From Octopus sinensis (taxonomy: Eukaryota): a stretch of 64,000 nucleotides of DNA. The notes under the pieces are model-generated. The model was given only the letters and a program-made list of their open reading frames with translations, did no database searches and was not told the DNA's origin. The position numbers and the translations under genes are program-made. This document shows positions 38,668 to 51,954 of the stretch, piece by piece. The stretch is from NCBI RefSeq assembly GCF_006345805.1, contig NC_043007.1:36332001-36396000 (forward strand). Reading direction: 5' to 3'. Every line of letters begins with the position of its first letter. Positions within the stretch are counted from its first letter, which is position 1.

Positions 38668-39136
38668 GGTGAGCTTCTTTCAGTTTCAGTCTGCCAAATC
38701 CACTGACAAGGCTTTGGGAGGCGATAGTAGAAAACACTTGCCTAAGGTGCCACGCAGTAGAATCGAACCCGGAACGATATGATTGTGAAGCAAACTTCTA
38801 ATTACACAACCACTAATGTTTTTTTTCTATGTTCATTTTTAATTTTTAATAAAAACAGTTTTACATTATTCTAATTTGGTAGAGTACAAATTTACTATTT
38901 TTAAGTGAAAATATTATTGACAGCGACTTCGAAGTTTCGGTCAGCTAAGCCATCATCATATACACACACACTCACACATACATACACATACATACATACA
39001 TACATACATACATACATACATACATACATGCACATACATACATACATACATACATACATACATACATACATACATACATACATACACGCACATACAAACA
39101 AACAAAACATATATATAGTATATGTATCTTGCATAT

Positions 39137-39168
<32 letters not shown>

Positions 39169-39218
39169 CTAGAGAGAGAGGGAGTGATAGAGAGAGAGAA
39201 ATGGCATGCGTGCTTCAA

Positions 39219-39332
39219 GAAAGAAAGAAAGAAAGAAAGAAAAAGAAAGAAAGAAAGAAAGAAAAAGAAAAAAAGAAAGAAGGAAGGAAGGAAAGAAGGA
39301 AGGAAGGAAAGAAAGAATGAAGGAAGGAAGGA

Positions 39333-39364
<32 letters not shown>

Positions 39365-39389
39365 AAAAAAGAAAGAAAGGAGGGAAGGA

Positions 39390-39444
<55 letters not shown>

Positions 39445-39454
39445 GAGGGAAGGA

Positions 39455-39490
<36 letters not shown>

Positions 39491-39510
39491 CAGAAAGGAA
39501 GGAAGGAAAT
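39219..39510. repeat. (AAAG/AAGG)n polypurine tract
   Basis: Seen directly. It produces the spurious KERK ORFs. Confidence 0.92.
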
Positions 39511-40800
39511 TAAAGATGGAAAGACCTTTGCTGTCGGTTTGGCTTCACTGTTTTATTACAACAAATAATTATATTATTAATTAGAATGAAGGCCGGAGAA
39601 ACAGATGTCTGCTGGCGGGCTGGACGGTCGGCTGGTGGGCTGAATGGTTGGCTGGCTGGCTGGCTGGCTGCTGGCTGGTTGGTGGGCTGGTCTGTGAGTT
39701 GTTGTTCATTGGTCTCTCTTGAAATGTACATTTCAAAAAATGGATTTCGAGCAGACGCCGCGTCTCTCTTTTACACAATTAGTTCTCATGAACTCTCTCC
39801 ACCTCTCCCTCTCTCTCTTTCTTTTTCTCTCTCGCTCTCTGATCTTACTATTTCTTTTTAGTTTATAATCCGCACCCCCTTTTTTATTCTTTATTTTTCC
39901 CTCTCCAATCTCCCTCTCTCTCTCTCCCTCTCTCTTGTCTTCTCCACTCTCTACGCCTTCTGATTTTCTCTCATCACCTCCCTATCTATTTTTTACTGCA
40001 TCTAATTAATTATATCTCTACCTTTCTATCTCTTCCTCCTCCGACACACTCTTTGACCCTTCTCTCTTTCTCTGTCTCTCTATCTTTCACTCTGTCACTT
40101 TCAGACGCTGTCCCCATCCTCCATCCATTTCTCCTCTCCTCCTCTTTATCTCTCTATCTATCCCTCTCTCTCTTTCAAAGAATTCTTCTTCTTGTCCCTT
40201 TCTCTCTTTCTTCTCCCCCACTATCTCATCTCTGTTCTTTAATTCTATCAAACCTTGGCTTAATTCCATAGACGACAAAACCCAGAAATGACATTTGGCA
40301 ACACATGTTTAAAGAAGTGAGGGAAAAAAAGAAGAAAAAAGACAAATAACTTGATCCTTCTTATTGCTCAAAGTGAAAGCTTTATCATTAGTTTATTTCA
40401 ATTTTTACTTTCATATAAATCATCCCTTCTCTCTCCCTCTCTCTCTCTCTCGCTCTCTCTTGCTGTAAATGCCTTTGTCTTTCTTTCCCCTTTCTGTCTC
40501 TTTTTCCCCTCTCTCTATACATCCCTCTACTTTTCTCTCACTCACTCTCTGATCCAGGGGCAATAACTGACCTGTAATGGCTTCTGGGTTAACTTTAACC
40601 AGCAGATGAGTTATAGCAATTTCACTCACTTTTTTCATCTTTAAAGTAAGTTTCTTTTGTCTTACACTGATTGGGAAAACAATTCCGTGTCCTTGTCCTT
40701 CGACGGATTTCCGTGTTACCATTTCTCTTTCATAAATTTTCACAACTCGTCTCCGAAAGCCAATTCTGTTTACCCAACAACACCCTATATATACATATAC

Positions 40801-40845
<45 letters not shown>

Positions 40846-41202
40846 CATACAGAATATATATATATATACCCATACAGAATAATATATATATATATATCTG
40901 TAAAGATATATAGATGTTTATGTCCTTATAAATATTAATATACAGATATATATGTATAGATATATAAAGAAGAAAAAAAAGGCCTACCTCCCTATCCAGA
41001 CTCCCATATCTGTGTTGCCGGTACATATGCGTGTATTGTAGAATACAAAACATTACCAGACGAAACAGTGCCAAGAGAATGGATTACTAACTAAGAAGAC
41101 AAAAAAATACCTTTTGTCAAGTAAAACAAAGAAAAATTTATCCATCTGTTTTCTATAAATTTCTTTCTTGCTGTCCAAAAATCAGACCACGAACGTAGTT
41201 CT

Positions 41203-42696
41203 ATGAATAATTTCAATTACCAGTCAGGGAAGAGGAATTCCCAGAATGCTGGGGTTCGTCGGCGTGGAAGAAAGCAGCTGCATGAAATACAGAACAATTT
41301 CAACGACGACATACAGATCCTAGAAGTATCCTTACCGAAAAGGGGTCCCGTGAAGGAGAGACCAATCGAGAAAATAGATCTAGGTGTGAAAGAGAACTAC
41401 TCACCACCCACAAAAGCAATTGATCAGTGTTCTTCTGAAGTTCCGCAGGTGAACTACCAGAGAGACGACAAATTGGAGATTTCCTTCCTGGAAGGCGATC
41501 GTGCTGAGAAATCACTGGACTTGGGCTGGGAATCACAAGAGATTAAGAGAAACATCTTGTTGAAACTCGCTACTGACGATGACTACAGCTTTACCAAAAC
41601 CGAAGAATGTTTTATCCACGAGAGAGCCAAACTGTATGTTGTCAACATGTTTCCCGAAAAGCATTACTATTATATTCCAGACAATGCTGAAGAACAACCC
41701 CAGTCGATCGATTCAGACGAAGAGATTTTGAACGAAGGACAGGTGTTCTTTCCGACTTCTTACTCTGGCAAACGTAAGAGAAGATCCTATAACAATTTCA
41801 ATTGTTATGTGACTCACCATAAGAATGATGATCTCTACGATAACTCACACATTCTCCCCAAGGGGACACGGCTTTTGAAACCGCCTAATAAATTGGTAGA
41901 GCTCGTTGCTCAAGCCATCGATGGTTCTCCAGATGGTCTGCTACAAGTTCACCAGATATATACAGTGCTTCAGAATAAATACCCTTATTTTCGTTTCATG
42001 GATCGGATGGCTATTAACAGCTGGAGGAGTTCTATCCGCCATGCGCTTTACCAAAAATGGTTCAGGAAAATACATTTTAGCACAGAATCTATCAATAGAA
42101 AAGGTTGCTATTGGACCATAAACCGCCAATTTAGCCCCAAAACGTGGACAATGCCAGGATTTCAAAATATATCATCAGTTTATTTTACAACTGACTCTAC
42201 TGAAAACTGTACTTCCAACTTCCAACCAGAAACTCAACTTCCTGAGGTGGAAGCTCCTGGGCCAAACAATTCAATTACTTATGAGCAATGTAATTCCTCA
42301 AACGAATTTCAGCCAGTAATTAATATGCCACAAGAATATTCTATTGCAATACGAGATGACCAACAGAATGAAGATGAAATCACCACACTGATCAAAGATC
42401 CAGATCCTATTCTAATTCCTTGGTCTTCTGAATCTGTAACTTCTGTTGGTCATATAGAAAATGCAGCACTACTTTCAAAAGATTCACAAATGTCTCAACT
42501 TCCCATTAGTTTTCAGATGAACACTGTAATAGATTGTGAAGAAATGTTGAATGCCAGCCCTGATACCTGGCTCCAACAGTGCTCTGGTTCTTCAGATTGG
42601 CCTCAGAATGTTGATGATGCCTCTTTGTGCTACCCATACACACAACAAATATTGTTAGCAACTTTTCCCTTGGCTACCTCACTTGCTAACACCTAA
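41203..42696 (+). CDS. Forkhead (winged-helix) domain protein, divergent and unassigned to a Fox class, 497 aa
   Basis: A long non-repetitive ORF with ATG at 41203. Residues about 226-307 read KPPNKLVELVAQAIDGSP...QIY...KYPYFR...SWRSSIRHAL...F.K...KGCYWTIN. The C-terminus is acidic and S/Q/P-rich. There is an acceptor AG at 41184-41185 and AATAAA at 42822. Confidence 0.9.
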   Translation: MNNFNYQSGKRNSQNAGVRRRGRKQLHEIQNNFNDDIQILEVSLPKRGPVKERPIEKIDLGVKENYSPPTKAIDQCSSEVPQVNYQRDDKLEISFLEGDRAEKSLDLGWESQEIKRNILLKLATDDDYSFTKTEECFIHERAKLYVVNMFPEKHYYYIPDNAEEQPQSIDSDEEILNEGQVFFPTSYSGKRKRRSYNNFNCYVTHHKNDDLYDNSHILPKGTRLLKPPNKLVELVAQAIDGSPDGLLQVHQIYTVLQNKYPYFRFMDRMAINSWRSSIRHALYQKWFRKIHFSTESINRKGCYWTINRQFSPKTWTMPGFQNISSVYFTTDSTENCTSNFQPETQLPEVEAPGPNNSITYEQCNSSNEFQPVINMPQEYSIAIRDDQQNEDEITTLIKDPDPILIPWSSESVTSVGHIENAALLSKDSQMSQLPISFQMNTVIDCEEMLNASPDTWLQQCSGSSDWPQNVDDASLCYPYTQQILLATFPLATSLANT

Positions 42697-42714
42697 ACAT
42701 GAATATGATATATG

Positions 42715-42752
<38 letters not shown>

Positions 42753-45700
42753 CTAGTACCAAAGAAAGACTTTTAAAAATTCTGTTTCTTACCATTATTT
42801 GCAAAGGAGAATATTGATATGAATAAATATTTTCACTTATAAGTTGGTGGAAATTTTATGTCTGTTTTATGACAGAATCATAAACTTATGTTGTGGAATG
42901 TACAAACAATAGAATCAGTCATATATATTATATATATTAAATCAAAATAAATCCCAAGAATCTGTTACTGGATCCCCACCCCCCATTTTTTCTTCATATC
43001 TTTCATAATTAAAACTAACAACCTAGTTTGTTAGATTAAAATATCAAGAAACTTTATCTCTATTTGGTTTTTCAAGTCTTGTTAGAATCAGTTATTTTGA
43101 AGGTTTTGTAGCAACAATTTCTTTCTCCAATTTCAATGTTTTGCAAACAAATGCCTATTTTATTCAAATATTTAATACTGCATAAATTTGATTACAAAAT
43201 ACTTACAGAAGTCTCTAAAATTAATTTTTATATAACTGTATTTTAAAATATATTACAACAACAACAATAATAATAATCTGCTTTTTTGGTGATACCAATT
43301 CAAAGTTAATTGTTGCTTTGGAAGTTTGATATGTGATGGATGTGAATTGAATCATTTATTAGAAAAAAAAAGGAAAGAAAAAGAAAATTCAAACAAGCTT
43401 GCAGATATTTTCTTCTGATGATATTTTTAAAAAAACCAAAAACAGAGAAAAAAAATTGATAGTTATTTTAAATCCATGACAAGACTTGAGGAAGTTCAAA
43501 GCTAATTTGTTTGTCTTTATTTGATATGAAGAAATGTTTGGATGTTGAACATTAAAAATGATAATAAAAAATAGTTTTCTGACAGTTTTGTTGAAAAATG
43601 TTGCTTAACTGTGTATACATAAAATTATTGTCTAAAAATATATATGCAAATTTACAAAAATTGTCCATTTTCAGAATTTTATTTTTTACCTTTCCAAATT
43701 GTTATTTTATGCTGTAATATATTTTATATAAAGGGTTTGCTATTCTTTTGTATGTATTTTTTATGTTAATCTTTTGTGAATCTGCTTTAGCACTGTCTTA
43801 AAAAAATAGTTCTTCTAGTTCATAGTTTATAATTTTGTCAAAATTGTATAACTGTTCCATAACTAAAGCATATTAAATCCATTCAGTAAATTAGCCATTT
43901 AAAGATTCTCAATTCTATTATTTTGTAAAAGCCTATCTCTGCAGTTGCTTCATTATATATATCTTAAAGACCTATCAGCTTGAAAATCAAGATGAATTCT
44001 TTATTATGCTTCAACTTTATTATTTTCCCCTGGAAAAAAGAAATTTATCTATTAAGAAAAAACACAATACCATTACACTAATTTTAATTGATGTAAATAC
44101 TTAAGGACTATTAATGTTTCCCTGAAGATATTTAGAAAATTGGCAATATTTATTAAATTTAGATATTAAAACCTCGATTATTTTCCTTGAAAAGATGAAA
44201 TGACAGAGGTCTAAAAATTTCACCTCATGAAACTGTTATAACATAGAAGTCACACACAAAAATTTTCTCTTTATTTATTTTCATGTCTCTACATAATGTT
44301 TCAGGATATTTAGTTCTTGGGGTATGTTACAAGTATTGCTTGGTAGCTTTAGATCAGTTGCCTATAGATTAAATAGGAGAAGGGAATGAAAACAGAGAAT
44401 AAAAGAGATGTAGTAATGTCTTAGAAGCCATATTGGTTGTTGCTTGCAGCTCAAAGACCATATTAGAATATAGAAAAAGATAAAATATTTTGAGGATATG
44501 CAAGATATTGTATTACATTTCAGAAGAATTCATCTTCTCTGGAGAAATAAAGTTTTATAGAAAAAGAAAAAAAAGGAAAATAACAGGGAAGGTTAATTTA
44601 GTTATTGAAGTTGGTCAGTCAGTTTGTATTTGTATGGATAATTTATTTTGCATCCATCACTTGGAAGTAAAAATGGTGTCCTGTTTAAAGGGAGGCAACT
44701 CCGTATTGCCTCTTCCGTGACTGATTCAAACAGTTCGAACGAACTTTCAATTATTGATTAATGTTCTAAGTGATTAATCCCTATTTGAAATAATAATATT
44801 AAACAAATATTACCGATTAATGTGATCAAATTTTTTTCCTCAAAGCTGCAATTTTTATTTAGCTAATCATTTAAATTAGTGTCATTAGACGTGTAGATTA
44901 CATTCGAAGCATCTTCTCAACAGCACTTGATTTCTATTTCCGATTCTTGTGGAAGGCGACAATTGGATTATGTCTGCGAGATAAAATTTTACAAGTTATA
45001 TATATATATATACAGGGTGTCCCAGAACTAACTATCTATAATTAATTCATAGTTAATTTTGGGACACCCTCTGTTTGTGTGTGTGTGTAATATACATTTA
45101 ATATACATCTCATGTATGTATACATTACATATATATTTAATATATATATTATGTATGTATATTATATATTTATATATATATATAAAATTTATATATTATG
45201 TATGTATATTATATATATATATATATTAAATTTATATATTATGTATATAAATATATATTTAGCATGTATAAGTCATATAACTGATATGTATATATTAAAC
45301 AATATATAATTTAAATATATATGTGTGTGTGAGAGTATATGTATGTATGTAAATTTCTTTCTGATAGAAAAAATATAGAATAATTAAGAAGTTTTGTTAA
45401 ATTATTAGATAAGTTATGTTATATTTGCTAACCTCTAGTTGAGTGCAAGGAGAAGTTAGATTCGCTGACTAGTAAATTTAACATGATTTCTATCTTGCTA
45501 TCATAGAGACAAAGTATTAAGAACGTTTTTTTCTTTCTTTTTTTTATATATATTTTGGCATCAAGTAACTTTGGCTAAATGAGACAAGGGATATAATCTA
45601 GACTAATTCACATACAGATAAAAGAAACAAAATTTAAATCCAGTTCATTGCTAATAACTCCTTTTTTTTTTCTAGATTTTTTTCTTTTTTCTTTTTTTTT

Positions 45701-46937
45701 TTTTTGGTAATCCAGACAAGATATAATGAATTACCTATATTTTAATTATCATATGTTAGTTTCTTTTCCTATCTGAAAGAAAATGTTCTGCTTATTCAAA
45801 TCTTCAGAAGAATAGATTATTCAAACATCTCTGGCTATTACTGCCAACGGCAGTCAATTGAAGATTCTTATTTCTAAGAAAATTAAAAGCAAATACATTT
45901 CTAAAAAATAAATGAATAAAATTATTTTAACATATTTTTTTTTAGATTGAAAGAAAAAAAGGAATAAAAGAATTTAAATAATTTTTATTTAGAGTACTTT
46001 CAAATAAAAGTAATGAGAAATTCGAGTTTAGACACACTTAAGCACTCAAGCATGCACACACACACACACACACACTAATACACATGCACATACATAGATA
46101 CATATTCAACTTTGTACTCATAAATCGCAGGAAAAGTACTTAATATATATAATAGATGTCATTTATTCATCAAAGTTGATGATAGTCTCTGTTGTTACTT
46201 CTAAATTTTTCTGCTTCTCTATGAGTATTCAAATTAGAAACTTGAACTAGCAACAAAGTAATGTTCCGACCAAAGCCTTGTGAGTGGATTTGGTAGACGG
46301 AAACTGAAAGAAGCCTGCCACATATATGTATGTTTGTGTGTCTGTATTTGTCCCCACTCCATTGCTTGACAACTGATGTCGGTGTGTTTGCATCCCGTAA
46401 CTTAGCGGTTCAAGAAAAGAAGCTGATAGAATAAGTACTAGGCTTATAAAGAATAAGTCCTGGGGTCGATTTGTTCGACTAAAGGCGGTGCTCCAGTATG
46501 GATGCAGTCAATTCACTAAAACAAATAATGGAATATATATATATATACACTTTACTCTTTTACTTGTTTCGGTTACTTGACTGGCCATGCTGGAGCACTA
46601 GATTTAGTCAAGCAAATCGACCCCAGGACTTATTCTTTGTAAGCCTAGTACTTATTCTATCGGTCTCTTTTGCTGAACCACTAAGTTAGGGGACATAAGC
46701 ACACCAGCATTGGTTGTCAAGTGATTTTGGGTGGGACAAACAGACACACATATATACAACGAGCTTCTTTCAGTTTGTGCCTACCAAATCCACTCACAAG
46801 ACTTTGGTCGGCCCAAGGCTATAATAGAAGACACTTGCCCAAGGTGCCATGCAGTGGGACTGAACCCAGAACCATGCAGTTGGAAAGCAAGCTACTTACC
46901 ACAAAGCCACTCCTATTCCTATATATATATATGTATG

Positions 46938-46975
<38 letters not shown>

Positions 46976-47537
46976 CACTGTTCCATGATGGTAAGATATA
47001 TATCTGTATGTATGATAGACTCTCCCATCGAATATGATGTATGAGTATTCAGCTTTTGCTGAATGATCTGCACAAATGATCTATTTACAGTGATCAAATG
47101 TATGTGCCATTCATCAGCTCACTCCATCCATCAAATTGTGCCACACTTCAGGTGTCAAGATGATCACAGAGTGGCATAAAATGAAGTGTTTTGCTCAAGA
47201 ACACAATGAGGAATTGAACTCATTATCTAGTGATCATGAGTGCAACACCCAAACCAGTAAGCTACGTGCTACATTAAAAGCATCCAGCCCACACTGTAAC
47301 GTGGTTGGCATCTGGAAAGGCATCCAGCTGTAAAAATCTTGCCAAAACTAACTTCACCTGTGCCAGTTCCATGTAAAAACCACTGTGTCCACTCTGCAGA
47401 GTGATTGGTGTTAGGAAGGGTATCCAGCCAAGACAGACTCAGTAGCCTTGGGTAGATTTCCTACCTGGCCAGCACCTGTCAACTATCCTGCCCATGGATT
47501 AATAGAAGATGGCTTTAAACGATGATGATGCTGATAT

Positions 47538-47586
<49 letters not shown>

Positions 47587-48164
47587 TTATAGAAGGAGCT
47601 TCTACAGGACTAGAACTGTTTCATTCCGATGAAATCTTCATACTCTGCTATGTATTGAGTACCTTATTCACTGTAGTTAACCCCGACTCAACCCGGGACC
47701 TACATATATATATATATATATAATATATATAGATACACACACATGTGTATATATATATGTATATATATATACACACACACATACACACACACACATATAT
47801 ATATACATATACATACACTCACACACACACACATATATATATCCCAGATTTTTCCTGCCAAGTGGCTATTTATAATGTCAATGAATATGGCTGGCTATAA
47901 GTACATATTGTAAAGGCCCAAAAGGCCAAAACACATCTGGTGGTCTTGCTGGTTACTGTTGTGGCAATTCTTCATCTCCTTTGAATGTTTATTGTGTTGT
48001 TAACATAGCACATTCATAAGAGATGTTATCTCAAGATGACCACTTCAGTAACAGGCCTAACAACAGTACATACATTATATATGATACATAGATGGATAAA
48101 TTTGTGCAGGGTTATTGGGCTATATTTGATATCTCCAGTTTTCAGGAACAACTTCCTGTTTAAT

Positions 48165-48645
48165 GGCATAAGGGATGTGCTCAAGGGAAGGTTGGACAGG
48201 ACCACCCGCGCCAACCTCATCAACAGTACAGTTCTACCTGCAATGTTATATGGTAGTGAAACATGGGCTACCACAAAGAGAGAAGAGCAGAGACTGGTAA
48301 CGGCTCAAAGAGCCATGGAAAGGTCAATGCTTGGTATCTCGCCGTGAGAGCACATCAGTAGCGAGATCATCAGAAAGAAGTCCAGCATGAGGGATGTCAT
48401 CGCAGAGTATACACGCAGCAAGTTTAGATGGGCTGGACACGTCGCCCAGCTCACCGATAATCGGTGGACCCACGCAGTTGTTGAGTGGTACCCGCACGAG
48501 TGGAAACGACCACCCGGAAGGCCTCCACGACGGTGGAGTTACGATTTCAGGAGGATGATTGGGATCACAGGGATGAGAAAGGCGCGATCCAGAGAGGAGT
48601 GGACAGCGTGTTGTGACCAGCGGTGTCAAATGGACACCTGACGGA
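48165..48645 (+). mobile_element. RTE-clade LINE 3' fragment
   Basis: VLPAMLYGSETW...AQRAMERSMLG*...KFRWAGHVA...DNRWT...KRPPGRPPRRW. Confidence 0.9.
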
Positions 48646-48843
48646 CTGGTCGATCAAGGTGATATATATATATATAAATATATGAATATGTATATTCAGA
48701 GTGTTCAAGCTAAATTTGACTATTTGTATAAAAGGAAAAGGAAACACAATATTTCATCCAAAAATGTATGTATTTTTTTTTAAATCAAAAAATATCAACT
48801 AGATTATAGCTGGGAGATAGCAGTTTACTTGAAGTAGCTGCCC

Positions 48844-49090
48844 TCAGCTTCCATCATGGCTCCAGAACTTGGTGCATATGTTCCTCACTGTGTCTCTGGA
48901 AAGATCTTCAAACATCTTCTTCATCTTGGCCATCAGCTTAGCCTTGGTATTGCAGGCAGAGCAGTTGGTGTCTTTTGCAACTGCAGGCCACACAAAGTAA
49001 ACCATGGGATTATGATTGGGCAACTTAGGATGCCAAAGATTGGTGATGGTGAAGTTGTAATTCTCCAAGAACCACTTCTGACCCTTTCCA
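48844..49090 (-). mobile_element. IS630-Tc1-mariner transposase C-terminal fragment
   Basis: [16 protein letters not shown]...NTKAKL resembles the WPPNSPDLNPLDY..W motif. Confidence 0.65.
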
Positions 49091-49157
49091 CAGGTATAGC
49101 AAGGAGACCAACAACAACAACAATATATATATCACACACACACACACATATGCATGC

Positions 49158-49232
<75 letters not shown>

Positions 49233-51187
49233 TATGCATATATATATATATATATATACACACACAAATACACAAACTCACACATACACATGCATATATA
49301 TATATATATATATACACATATATATATATATATATATATGCATGCACACACACACACGCGCATAAATGGTGAGGATCAACAACAGTTAATGAGATACCAG
49401 CTATGTGATTGGCTTTTCCTATTTCATCCCCAATACTACATTGCTTCATAATTCTCAAACAGTCCACGTTCTGCCTAGGTGTAAATAGGCACAGCATATT
49501 AAGAATGACTCGTCATTCTAGAGAGCAACAAGTGTGTGCATGCATGCGTGCAAGAGTAAATGAACAAAGAAGTGAAAATAGCACTCTTACATTTAGATAG
49601 AGACATATTTGATAAAAAGGTTCATTCACCTGGTGTTATTAAACTTTAAATAATTGCTTCACCACATACCGATAATTTATACATAGCAGCCAAAAGGCTG
49701 TTATTTCTTTTCACTACAAAATATGACTCCACAGATTTTTGTAGTGAAAAGAAATAACAGTCTTTTGGCTGCTATTTCTAAATTTTTGGTATGTGGTGAA
49801 GCAACATGTTGCTAAACCCTTAATTATTGTTATAACTCTTTTACTCTTTTACTTGTTTCAGTCATTTGACTGCGGCCATGCTGGAGCACCGCCCTTTAGT
49901 CGAGCAAATCGACCCCGGGACTTATTCTTTGTAAGCCCAGTACTTATTCTATCGGTCTCTTTTGCTGAACCGCTAAGTGACGGGGACGTAAACACACCAG
50001 CATCGGTTGTCAAGCAATGCTAGGGGGACAAACACAGACACACAAACACACACACACATATATATATATACATACATATATACGACAGGCTTCTTTCAGT
50101 TTCCATCTACCAAATCCACTCACAAGGCATTGGTCGGCCCGGGGCTATAGCCGAAGACACTTGCCCAAGATGCCACGCAGTGGGACTGAACCCAGAACCA
50201 TGTAGTTTGTAAGCAAGCTACTTACCACACAGCCACTCCTGCGCCTATAATTATATATAAAAAAACTTCTTGTATAAGTTTTTACCGAATATGGTTATTT
50301 TCCATACCGAAACTACTTGGTGAAATTTATTATTAAATTAATAATTTTTTTACCCTATATCTATAATGAAACATATATATATATATACATACTCACACAC
50401 ACATAATGGAAAATAGGGATTAAAAACATCTAGGTGAATATTTCTTTAAGCACTCTCTATAAACATGTAAATAGAATCCATCTAATAAATTTGTCCAGTG
50501 TCATATGACGACCACAATATGACTATTATAAGTATAACACTATGAATGTTAGAAAAGTGATTTAATCATCTCATCAAATTCAAAAGACATCTCAAATTAG
50601 ACAATAGGCACCAACCACTTCAGGAAAGATATTTTTTACTGAAATGTAGAATCACAACAAAATATTTGCCTGAAATGTGAAAATGTCAAGATAATTGACA
50701 TAATTTCAAAATAACTGACAGATATTAAAGCAAAACGTGTCATTTGTCATATATTGTCTTCCTAGCTGTTTATTGTGCAATTTTAAGAGCACCATTTAGT
50801 AAATATGATATAGAAGAAGTTCTATGAGTATGTGACCAGGCTCAAAAGAATTCCCATATTTTCAGATAACAGCTGCAGCACAGTTTTTGATTGTTTTATA
50901 CATACATGCATACATATAAATATATATACATGCACACACATACATATATATATGCACATCTATGTAGATATATATATGCACATCTATGTAGATATATATA
51001 TATATTCGAACTCACAACCTCATGATCATAAGCTTGGCACTCTAACCAATGAGCCATGCACCTTCACATATATATATCATCATCATCATCATCGTTTAAC
51101 ATCCGTTCTCCATGCTAGCATGGGTTGGACGGTTCGACCGGGGATCTGGGAAGCCAGAAGGCTGCACCAGGCTCCAGTCTTATCTGG

Positions 51188-51218
<31 letters not shown>

Positions 51219-51296
51219 ATGTATGTATGTGTGTATGTGTGTGTGTGAAGGCACATGGCTCAGTGGTTTAGAGCGTTGACATTCCCGGACTAGTTA

Positions 51297-51950
51297 TCTA
51301 TATATATATAAAGATGAGAATGTGTGTCTGTCTGTTGTGTGTCTGTATGAATCCCTAAAACTCGAGAACTACCCAACTGATTTCATTAACATTTTACACA
51401 TGCCTTATATGTGCAACGTCATGGGCCAAAAATATTTTCAACTTCTTGCCTAATGCGAGCCCACAGTTATCTCTCATCTCTTACACGATTTCAGTATTAT
51501 GTGTCAAATGTGAAACAATAATATCTCCCTATTGCAATGTGAGATACTTTCAGTTTAATACTGTCACTGTTATAGTGAAACTATTATCTCACATATATAC
51601 ATGCATACATACATATTCAGCATAAACACTCTACCACTACTACTAATAACTGTTGGAAACTCTTTCAGACCTGCCTTACATTCGAACTGGAATCTCAAAA
51701 ACATTGTCCCCTTACATCTCATTCTCATTTCATTACCACGACAGGCAAATAAAACTTACTTCTCACGACGAGACAATGCAAGATGGTAACAGACATTAAC
51801 CAAATGCTACCTTCTCAAGTGAAATATATTGTCATCCATTTCACCTCTAAACTTCCTAGTGTACTAAGAGTTCAAACGACCCCACATGACTATAGTACCA
51901 CTGAATCGCAATCTCAAAAACATTGTCCCCTTACATCCATCTCGTTCTCA
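51297..51950 (+). mobile_element. Helitron-like non-autonomous element 5' part
   Basis: Starts a|TCtatatatatataaag followed by a tgtctgtctg tract, like 5049. An internal segment is duplicated at 52455-52600. The 3' end was not located. Confidence 0.5.
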
Positions 51951-51954
51951 TTTT

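Noticed and set aside
38901-39861. KERK-, YI-, HT- and CV-repeat ORFs here and throughout the window
   Set aside because: They are translations of microsatellites.
23824-41000. RPP14 exons upstream of HTD2
   Set aside because: I searched by eye because of the vertebrate bicistron and found none. Small divergent exons could have been missed without tBLASTn.
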